The notes under the pieces: model-generated
Databases searched by the model: none
What the model was told of the DNA's origin: nothing
What the model saw: the letters and a program-made list of their open reading frames with translations, nothing else
Program-made: the position numbers and the translations under genes
Shown: piece after piece, positions 55,525 to 62,747 of the stretch
How the letters are laid out: each line of letters begins with the position of its first letter
How positions within the stretch are numbered: position 1 is the first letter of the stretch
Origin: a bacterium
GTDB taxonomy: Bacteria > Patescibacteriota > Patescibacteriia > UBA9934 > GWF2-40-263
DNA length: 62,747 nt
Assembly: GCA_021789915.1 (NCBI GenBank)
Contig: JAJYIV010000003.1
Location: 1 to 62,747 of the forward strand
Reading direction: 5' to 3'

Positions 55525-58208
55525 GACGTGCCGGTCCTATGAGAACTTCGCCAAAGAAAAAGAACCCGCGCGTGAAGACGTCCATCGCCGCTCAGGCGGG
55601 AGAGGCGGTGCTTCGCGCTTCCGCGCGCCGGGCGCGCCAGGGCACGGACGCGCCGTTTGATCTTTCCGTGCCTTCCGCCTTGCGATCCCGGAATCTCCCG
55701 CGCCCCGAAATCCGGCAGAAGCCGGCCATTCGGCTGATGGCGGAGGCCGAGCTCTCGCCCTTCGTCCTGCGCCTGGCGCCGCCCTCCCCGGAGACCCTGA
55801 TCGCCGTCGACGCCGAAACGCCCGTCCTCCTCAATTTCCTGGACGCGGAGCCTCTGACGGCCCTGCGGCCGTCCTCCCCGGGGATGGATCTGTCCCTTGA
55901 GGCCGGGGACGTCGGCGGACAGATCGCCGAGGACGCGCAGGCCATGCCCCGCGCCTGGCGCCTGCCCCGGCTGCACATCCGCCGGCCGACCGCGGAAGCG
56001 CTGCCGGCGCCGTCCGATCCGGTGGCCGAACCTTTGAACGTCGAACGGCTCGCGCCCGATCACGGGCCGGCCGCCCTGCTGGCTTCGCTCGATTTGCCGG
56101 AGATGGAGGACGAAGAGGAATCCGAGATGGTGGAATTCGCCGGAGCGGAAATGCGCCCTTCGGGGCCGGCAGGCCGGACCAGGCGCGCTTGGCGTTGGCC
56201 GAAGTTTTCGCTGCCGCCCGTTCCGTCCTTCGGCCTGCCGTTCGGCTGGGAACGGGCCGTGGGCGCCTTCGTCCTGCTGGCCTTCGCCTTCGTCCTTCCC
56301 CTGCACGCCATGACGGCGGTCGGCGGATGGCAGGACGCGCGCGCAAGCGCCGCGGCGGCGGGGACCGACGCCGTGTCGCAGCTTTCGGCGGGCGCCAGCG
56401 CGGTCGCGTCGCAGAATCCCGCGCAGGCAAGCGCCGCGTTCGCGCGCGCGGCCGAACAATTCCAGTCCGCGCAATCGGACATCGCCAGCCTCGGCGGAAC
56501 GGTTTCCCTCCTCGTCTCGGCGCTTCCGCGCGTCGGCGGCGCGCTGCGCGCGGGAACCGAGTTGGCGGACGCGGGCGCCGCGCTGGCGCGCGCGGGAGCG
56601 CGCCTCTCCGACGGCTTCTCCGCCATCCAGAACAGCCTCTCCTCGCCCACCGACCGGCTGGGCCTGCTCGACGATTACATCGCTTCGGCTCTGCCGTGGC
56701 TTGATCAGGCGCGCGGAGACGTACAGGCCGTCCAGTTCTCCGACGTTCCGGCCGCCCAACGCGGCGCCTTCCAGACGCTCTCCGCCCAGCTGCCGCCCGT
56801 CACGGACGGGCTGAAGCAATTCGTGTCCGTCAGCGGCGCCTTGCGGCAAATCCTCGGCGGCGACGGCCAACGCACGTATCTCGTCGTGTTCCAGAACAGC
56901 GATGAGCTGCGCCCGACCGGCGGCTTCATGGGCAGCTTCGCAGAACTCACCGTGCGAGACGGCAGAATCGTCAGTCTGGACATTCCCGGCGGCGGCACCT
57001 ACGACGTGCAGGGCAATCTCAAGACCTTCACGGTCTCGCCGCCGCCGCTGCAACTGCTCGCGGCGCGCTGGGGATTCCAGGATGCCAACTGGTTCCCGGA
57101 CTTTCCGACGTCGGCGCGCGCCATGCTTTCCTTCTACCGGGACGCCGGCGGCCCGACGGTGGACGGCGTCATTGCCGTCAACGCGGACTTCGTCGCCGGC
57201 CTTCTCTCGGTCGTGGGGAGCATCGACATGCCGGAATACGGCCGCACCATCACGTCGGACAATTTCGTGGCGGACACCCAGCAAATCGTCGAGCGCGAAT
57301 ACGACAAAACCCTCAATCAGCCGAAGGCCTTCATCGCCGCCCTCGCTCCGAAACTGCTGGACCGCGTGAAAAACCTGCCGGCCGGAGATTTCCTGCAGCT
57401 GCTGCAGCGCGTGCATGCGGGATTCGAGCAACGCGACATCCAGGCGTATTTCCCGGACGAGCGCCTGGAAAAACTCGCCATCCGCCTCGGATGGGACGGC
57501 GGCATCAAGGCCACGGGCGGCGATTACCTGATGCCGGTGGACGCGAATCTCGGCGGCGGCAAGACGGACGGCGTCATTCAGGAAACCGTCGACGTCCTTT
57601 CCAACATCGCGTCCGACGGGACGGTGATCGACACGGTGGCGGTCACGCGCATCCACCGTGGAACGCCGGGCGACCCGTTCACGGGCGCGAACAACGTGGA
57701 TTATCTGCGCCTCTACGTGCCCAAAGGCAGCCAGCTCCTGAACGCTTCCGGCTTTTCGCCGCCGGATCCGAATCTCTTCCAGCCGCCGGAACCGGATTGG
57801 AGCGTATACCCGGATATCGCCTATGACGAGCAGACGCAAACCAAGGATCCCGTGAGCGGCACGGACATCTACCAGGAAAGCGGGAAAACCGTCTTCGGAA
57901 ACTGGGTCCAAGTGAAACCCGGGTCGCAGGCGACGGCGAGCTTCACCTACCGGCTTCCCTTCAAGGTCGCCGTCCCGCCGCGCGGCGCCCTCGATCGCCT
58001 CCTGCGCCTGGCCACCGGGCTGCCGGACACGGCCCGCTACACGTTCACGCTGCAAAAGCAGTCGGGCGCGGATCACCGCACGACCCGCCTGCAGGTGAAC
58101 CTCCCGGATTCCCTGCGCCCCTTGTGGGCGGACGCCCCGTCGACGGTCGTGGATTTCGATCCGGCGCGCGATCATGTGTACGCCGCGCTGTTGGAGGCGA
58201 AAAATTAG
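55512..58208 (+). CDS. DUF4012-domain envelope protein
   Basis: GDGQRTYLVVFQNSDELRPTGGFMGSFAELTVRDGRI is the DUF4012 signature. A TM segment and a disordered N-terminus precede it. Confidence 0.8.
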   Translation: MRPVGRAGPMRTSPKKKNPRVKTSIAAQAGEAVLRASARRARQGTDAPFDLSVPSALRSRNLPRPEIRQKPAIRLMAEAELSPFVLRLAPPSPETLIAVDAETPVLLNFLDAEPLTALRPSSPGMDLSLEAGDVGGQIAEDAQAMPRAWRLPRLHIRRPTAEALPAPSDPVAEPLNVERLAPDHGPAALLASLDLPEMEDEEESEMVEFAGAEMRPSGPAGRTRRAWRWPKFSLPPVPSFGLPFGWERAVGAFVLLAFAFVLPLHAMTAVGGWQDARASAAAAGTDAVSQLSAGASAVASQNPAQASAAFARAAEQFQSAQSDIASLGGTVSLLVSALPRVGGALRAGTELADAGAALARAGARLSDGFSAIQNSLSSPTDRLGLLDDYIASALPWLDQARGDVQAVQFSDVPAAQRGAFQTLSAQLPPVTDGLKQFVSVSGALRQILGGDGQRTYLVVFQNSDELRPTGGFMGSFAELTVRDGRIVSLDIPGGGTYDVQGNLKTFTVSPPPLQLLAARWGFQDANWFPDFPTSARAMLSFYRDAGGPTVDGVIAVNADFVAGLLSVVGSIDMPEYGRTITSDNFVADTQQIVEREYDKTLNQPKAFIAALAPKLLDRVKNLPAGDFLQLLQRVHAGFEQRDIQAYFPDERLEKLAIRLGWDGGIKATGGDYLMPVDANLGGGKTDGVIQETVDVLSNIASDGTVIDTVAVTRIHRGTPGDPFTGANNVDYLRLYVPKGSQLLNASGFSPPDPNLFQPPEPDWSVYPDIAYDEQTQTKDPVSGTDIYQESGKTVFGNWVQVKPGSQATASFTYRLPFKVAVPPRGALDRLLRLATGLPDTARYTFTLQKQSGADHRTTRLQVNLPDSLRPLWADAPSTVVDFDPARDHVYAALLEAKN

Positions 58209-58288
58209 GAAGCATGCGTGCCTGCCGGATCCGGCAGGCATTTATTTTCCCGACCTCCGCCGGCTCTGCTACAATGGGGGCCGCATCT

Positions 58289-60157
58289 ATGCGCAAGCGC
58301 GTCTCTCACAAACCGAATGCCGCGCGCAGATTCGACGATGAATTGCGCGCGATCTATGCGGACGGCGACGGCCGGATGCCGGATTTGAGGCGCTTGGAGC
58401 GCCGGCGCGGATCGCGCATGACGCGTTTTCTCGTACGAACGCTGTTCCTGCTTGTGATCCTGTCGGCGGCGTCTTGGACGGGATTCCTCCTGTGGAGCCG
58501 CGGCTGGCTGCAAGGCAACACGGATCCGCTCACCGTTTCCGTCGAGGGTGCGGACACCGTAAAGGGGGGCGAGCAAACCTATTACACGATCCGCTATGCC
58601 AACCACAGCCACGTGCCGGTCGCTTCCATGTCCATGAAACTGAACGCACCGCCCGGCTTCCGCATCCTTTCGCTGACGCCGCCGCCGACGGATCCCCAGG
58701 GCAATACTTGGACGCTGGGCTCCCTGAACCCCGGTTCGGACGGCGCCATCGTCGTCTCCGGATTGTTCCGATCGGCCGCCGCCGAGGGAGCCGGCGAAGC
58801 GCCCCCCGCTCCGCAGCAGCTGCAGGCCGTCTTTACGTTCAAGCCGGCGAACTTCAATTCGGACTTCCAGGACATCAAAACGAAGGACGTTGCGGTCAGC
58901 GGATCCGTTCTGGCCCTGTCGATCTCCGGCCCTCCGTCGGCGTCCGCCGGCGACGAGGCGGATTACGTTGTCACGGTGCAGAACACGTCCAGCGCGGCCG
59001 CGGATCACGTGCGCCTGATACTGGATCCGCCAAGCGGCTACACCGTGTCCGGCGCCGCACCCAAACCCGGCTCGCCCGGCGCGTGGCAATGGGATTTCGC
59101 CACGCTGGCTCCCGGCGAAACGCAGACCGTCACCGTGAACGGGCAATATACGGCGTCCGTCGCCGGAACGGCGGACTTTGCCGCCGAGGCCGCGTTCGTG
59201 GATCACGACGCGCCGGCCACGCAAGCGGTGGCAGATGCCAAAACGGACGTGCAGAAAGGCAGCCTCTCGCTGGCCCTTACGGTCAACGGGGGCGTGCAAA
59301 ACCAGGGCGTGCAGCCGAACTCGACGCTGCACCTCACCGCTTCCTACGGCAATATCAGCGGCACCTCGCTCGGCGGCGTGAAAATCGCCCTTGCCGCGGA
59401 CACGCCGGACGGCAAGGGCGTCCCGATCGACTGGTCCAAGGCGGATCTTGGGGCGGCTACCCGCAATGGCAATGTCCTGACATGGGATGCGAAAGCGGAC
59501 CCGAACTTCATTCATTTCGCCGAGAACCAATCCGGCTCCTTCGACGTGAACCTCCCGCTGCTTCCGGTCGACCCGTCCAAGATGTCGGACTCCGTCGTCT
59601 TCACGCTTTCGGCGTCGTTCACGCAGGGAACGCCGCGGACGATCCAGACGTCCCCCATTACCATCGGCGTCAATTCCGATTTCGTCACGACGGCAAACGG
59701 CTTCTACTATGCCCCGGACGGGTCGGCATGGGGCAGCGGCCCTCTCCCGCCCGCCGTGGGAAAGACGACGTCGTACCGCATCGTCTGGACGGCGAGCAAC
59801 GGCCTGCACGACGTAAAGGGCTTCACCATGACGGCGCACATTCCCGGCACGGTTTCCTGGGGCGGCGCGCAGCAGCCGAGCTTTGGCGCGCTCTCCTTCG
59901 ACCCGACGACGCGCACGGTGAGCTGGGCGGCGGACGTGCTGGCGCACGACACGCCGACGACCGCGGCCTCGTTCACGGTGTCGGTCACGCCGGGCGCCGC
60001 CGACGTCAACACGACGCCGCGCCTGCTGGATCCCACCGCCGTCACGGGCATGGATGCCAGCACCAACCAGGTGTTCAACCGGACTCTGGACGCCATCACG
60101 ACGTCGCTGCCGAACGATCCGGGGGCGAAGGACAAGGGGACGGTCGCAAACCAATAG
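58289..60157 (+). CDS. membrane-anchored surface protein with DUF11/CARDB-like beta-sandwich repeats
   Basis: N-terminal TM segment, then repeated segments such as GEQTYYTIRYANHSHVPV and GDEADYVVTVQNTSSAAADHVRL. An extended -10 TGCTACAAT lies at ~58268-58276. Confidence 0.7.
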   Translation: MRKRVSHKPNAARRFDDELRAIYADGDGRMPDLRRLERRRGSRMTRFLVRTLFLLVILSAASWTGFLLWSRGWLQGNTDPLTVSVEGADTVKGGEQTYYTIRYANHSHVPVASMSMKLNAPPGFRILSLTPPPTDPQGNTWTLGSLNPGSDGAIVVSGLFRSAAAEGAGEAPPAPQQLQAVFTFKPANFNSDFQDIKTKDVAVSGSVLALSISGPPSASAGDEADYVVTVQNTSSAAADHVRLILDPPSGYTVSGAAPKPGSPGAWQWDFATLAPGETQTVTVNGQYTASVAGTADFAAEAAFVDHDAPATQAVADAKTDVQKGSLSLALTVNGGVQNQGVQPNSTLHLTASYGNISGTSLGGVKIALAADTPDGKGVPIDWSKADLGAATRNGNVLTWDAKADPNFIHFAENQSGSFDVNLPLLPVDPSKMSDSVVFTLSASFTQGTPRTIQTSPITIGVNSDFVTTANGFYYAPDGSAWGSGPLPPAVGKTTSYRIVWTASNGLHDVKGFTMTAHIPGTVSWGGAQQPSFGALSFDPTTRTVSWAADVLAHDTPTTAASFTVSVTPGAADVNTTPRLLDPTAVTGMDASTNQVFNRTLDAITTSLPNDPGAKDKGTVANQ

Positions 60158-60166
60158 ACGAAAAAG

Positions 60167-60194
60167 AAAACGTCTCCCAACCGGGAGGCGTTTT
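60167..60194 (+). terminator. intrinsic terminator after the surface-protein gene
   Basis: aaaacgtctccc-aacc-gggaggcgtttt. Confidence 0.7.
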
Positions 60195-60195
60195 C

Positions 60196-60272
60196 TGGTG
60201 CGCCCAAGACGATTCGAACGTCTGACCTCTTCCTTCGGAGGGAAGCGCTCTATCCAGCTGAGCTATGGGCGC
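60196..60272 (-). tRNA. tRNA-Arg (anticodon CCG)
   Basis: The reverse complement folds as GCGCCCA TA GCTC...CTTCC CTCCGAA GGAAG...GGTTCGAATC...TGGGCGCACCA. Confidence 0.9.
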
Positions 60273-60350
60273 TCGAACGGGTCGATCGTAGGCCAAACAT
60301 GCCCCGCCGTCAATCGGCGCGCAAAAGAAAAGAGCCTCGCAAGAGGCGTC

Positions 60351-61058
60351 TCAGTCGTTCTTCTGCCCGAGGAGGGACAGAAGCTCGATGAAGATGTTGA
60401 CGAGGTCCAGGAAGACCTGGATGCCCGCGTCGAATGCGTTGAAGAACGTCTTCTCCAGCCGCATGGCGCGGTTGAAGTCGAAGATGGTGATGCCGCAGAA
60501 AAGGACGACGCCGACCCAGTCCCAGAGCCTGAGCGCCCCGTGGATAGGGATGCCGGCGTTGGCGGCGAAGGGCAGGGCGATGTAGCCGATGATGAGGATC
60601 CACAGCGCGCCGAACAGCCAGCTGCCCCACGACGCGAGCGAACGCGGAATCAGCATGCCGACGAAGCCCAAACCGGCGACCATTCCGACGGAGACGCTGG
60701 CGATCGTGACGATGGACACGGCCTTGTAGGCCATCAGGGCCGGGGCGAGGATGAAGCCCATCGGCAGGGCGATCATGGTGAGGCCCAGGACCTTGGCGGG
60801 AAGCACGTTCACCGCCGAGATGAAGCACCCGGCGAGCTCCGCGCCGAAGAGCAGCAGGAAACCGAGCCACCCGATCTTCACGCCGCTCGTGACACCCAGG
60901 TAGGCGCCGACGGCCAGCGTCATCATGCCCAGGAGGGTGATGACCCAGATGGTCGCAACGTAGGACCGGTCGCTGAGGGCGGCCCCTTCGCCGCCATCCC
61001 GATCCCACACCCCCGTGCTGAAAGGTCCCGATCTCGATTCACTTCTCGAACGCGCCAT
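60351..61058 (-). CDS. Bax-inhibitor-1/YccA-family membrane protein
   Basis: Seven hydrophobic helices and the C-terminal IQVFLDLVNIFIELLSLLG. Confidence 0.85.
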   Translation of the reverse strand: MARSRSESRSGPFSTGVWDRDGGEGAALSDRSYVATIWVITLLGMMTLAVGAYLGVTSGVKIGWLGFLLLFGAELAGCFISAVNVLPAKVLGLTMIALPMGFILAPALMAYKAVSIVTIASVSVGMVAGLGFVGMLIPRSLASWGSWLFGALWILIIGYIALPFAANAGIPIHGALRLWDWVGVVLFCGITIFDFNRAMRLEKTFFNAFDAGIQVFLDLVNIFIELLSLLGQKND

Positions 61059-61142
61059 CTCAAACCTCCTTGTAGGCGCCGCGGATCCACCCGCGGAAAG
61101 CCGACCGAATTTCTATCACACGCCAGAGCGTACGTCAACGCC

Positions 61143-62135
61143 TTACACCATCCTCCGCGCGCGGCGGCCGAGGACGTACAACCCGTAGCGGGCCGGATGC
61201 AGCACCGCGTCGAACGTGCCGGGATAGGAAACGCGCGTGCCGCCGAAACCGAGTTTGAAGCGCGTCACGCCCGCGAGCGGATGACGGTCGCCGGCGCTCT
61301 CCGGCGCGATCCCCCACCAATCGTACGCCTTCAGACCCCGCCGCGCGGCGTCTTCCATGAGCGCGTGGTGCAGCGCATACGGCGCCATCGCCTCGCGATG
61401 CGCGTCGGAAGAGGCGCCGTGCAGGTACGTGCGCGTGCCGAGATAATCGATCATCACGTTGGCCGCCAGGATCTCCCCCTCCAGGCGCGCCACGGCCAGA
61501 AACGCCCGGCAGGCGGCGCCGGAGAGGACGGACAGCATCGTTTCGTAATACGCTTTCGGATGGAGATGGAACTTGTCGCGCCTGGCGGTGGCTTCGAACA
61601 AGGGCCAAACGTCGTCGAGCGCCGCCTCCGACGGCGCGTCCGTCTGCACGCCCTTGCGCGCCGCAAGCCGGACATTGTAGCGCGTCTTCGCGCGCCGCGA
61701 AGCCAGCCGCTCGTCGACGCTGCCGTTCAGGCGCGTGAGCAGCGTGTCCGGCGGCTGCGTGTCGCGCGTGCGGATGAAGTGCTTGCGCACGGGATACGCG
61801 GGCCACGGCGGCTCGAAGCGCACGAACGCGGCGTCTTCCCGCGCGCCGATTTCGCGCAGGCGTTCATAGGTCTCCTCATTGCTCCAGCCGCGCGCCGTGA
61901 GCGGGCCGCGCGGCACGTAGGCGTATGCGTGCGCCAAAGGCAGCGGATGCACGATCGTCTGCGCGACGCCCGCCAGGCGGCCGTTCTCCTCCCAGCCGTG
62001 CCGCCGCAGCGTGCGGCCGAGCGCCTCCTGGAATTCGCCCCAGGCCCAGGATTGGAGAAAGGCGCCGGAACGAGGAGCATGCGCGCGCACGAAGGTTTCC
62101 CACGCAGCCTGCTGGGTGATCGATCGGCATTCCAT
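61143..62135 (-). CDS. FemAB-family peptidoglycan bridge-formation aminoacyltransferase
   Basis: FLQSWAWGEF...YAYVPRGP...YLHGASS...YDWWG pattern. Confidence 0.85.
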   Translation of the reverse strand: MECRSITQQAAWETFVRAHAPRSGAFLQSWAWGEFQEALGRTLRRHGWEENGRLAGVAQTIVHPLPLAHAYAYVPRGPLTARGWSNEETYERLREIGAREDAAFVRFEPPWPAYPVRKHFIRTRDTQPPDTLLTRLNGSVDERLASRRAKTRYNVRLAARKGVQTDAPSEAALDDVWPLFEATARRDKFHLHPKAYYETMLSVLSGAACRAFLAVARLEGEILAANVMIDYLGTRTYLHGASSDAHREAMAPYALHHALMEDAARRGLKAYDWWGIAPESAGDRHPLAGVTRFKLGFGGTRVSYPGTFDAVLHPARYGLYVLGRRARRMV

Positions 62136-62140
62136 ATCCG

Positions 62141-62686
62141 TCAGCGCGAAAGGCGTTTAAGGGCCGCGCGCAGGCGCGCTTCGACGTCCGCCGCGGGCAA
62201 TCCCTCGAGCGCGGCGGCCGCCTGCGCGCGCGCATAGCCCAATCCGACGAGCGCCTGCAGCGCTTCGTCTTCCGGCGACCCGGCTGCCTGCTCTTCGGCC
62301 AGGACGCCTTTGAGCTCAAGAATGATTTTCTGCGCCGTTTTTTTCCCAACGCCCGGGATGGAGGACAAGAACGCCACGTCTCCCGCCAGGACGGCCGCCT
62401 TGACGCGGTCCGCGGACGCGGACGCGACGATTTTCTGCCCGCTGCGGGGACCGATGCCGGAGACCATTATGAGGCGCTCGAACAATTCGAGCCGTTCGCG
62501 CTCAAGAAAACCGAACAGCTCGTGGCTGTCCGCGCGGACGGCCTCGTGCGTATGCAGCGTGATGACGGCGCCCGGCGCGAACGCGCCCGCGTCCGGGACG
62601 AACACGCGGTAGCCCACGCCGCCGCACAGGACGATGACGGCGCCGGGCTCGCGGCGTTCAACGGTTCCGTTGAGCAAGGCGATCAT
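62141..62686 (-). CDS. ruvA: Holliday junction DNA helicase RuvA
   Basis: MIALLNGTV...VLCGGVGYRVFVP, followed by two HhH motifs (GIGPRSGQKI, IPGVGKKTAQKI). Confidence 0.9.
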   Translation of the reverse strand: MIALLNGTVERREPGAVIVLCGGVGYRVFVPDAGAFAPGAVITLHTHEAVRADSHELFGFLERERLELFERLIMVSGIGPRSGQKIVASASADRVKAAVLAGDVAFLSSIPGVGKKTAQKIILELKGVLAEEQAAGSPEDEALQALVGLGYARAQAAAALEGLPAADVEARLRAALKRLSR

Positions 62687-62702
62687 AGGGTTCGTCTTCC
62701 TA

Positions 62703-62730
62703 ACTCCTGACTCCTGACTCCTGACTTTTC
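62703..62730. repeat. tandem heptamers ACTCCTG x3 (+1 degenerate) just upstream of ruvA
   Basis: actcctg actcctg actcctg acttttc. On the ruvA strand this reads CAGGAGT x3, i.e. repeated AGGAG. Confidence 0.8.
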
Positions 62731-62747
62731 CCCCTGCGCATAAGCCT

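Overview
This is a high-GC bacterial chromosomal window; by eye, third codon positions are almost always G/C. It is densely packed with housekeeping genes: mpg, pth, dprA, topA, rel, parAB, secG, uvrA, rplS, argS, tyrS, valS, cca, rnj, trpS, rnpB, ruvA and 8 tRNAs. It also carries a cell-envelope glycan locus (priming sugar transferase, three GT4 glycosyltransferases, DUF4012, a DUF11-like surface protein, FemAB). The gene content (T4SS-pilin-domain protein, DUF4012, four-helix-bundle 'IVS' protein, stand-alone aaRS genes, many small hairpin repeats) suggests a Patescibacteria/CPR-like small-genome lineage. That placement is inference only.

The most interesting content, in order:
1. A tightly coupled Ser/Thr kinase - vWA - pyruvate-kinase-like barrel operon (7056-9841) that I cannot place in any described system.
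2. A DUF559 endonuclease gene bracketed by inverted copies of a hairpin element. The same element also sits in-frame inside topA and valS.
3. A divergent CCA/poly(A)-polymerase-like paralog inserted at the 3' end of cca, bracketed by a 45-bp direct duplication of the cca tail.
4. A four-helix-bundle gene bracketed by inverted 9/18-nt tandem-repeat arrays.
5. A Cys-rich chimeric T4SS-pilin-domain protein next to a CxxS DsbA-like protein.
6. A tRNA-Ile(UAU), two decayed integrase remnants and a tRNA fragment.
7. An enlarged RNase P RNA carrying repeat-like insertions.
8. Several families of 7-nt and 9-nt tandem repeats sitting exactly at gene boundaries.

Many long ORFs in the track are antisense or out-of-frame GC artefacts and are not reported. 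Coordinates of non-CDS features were counted by hand and may be off by 1-2 nt.
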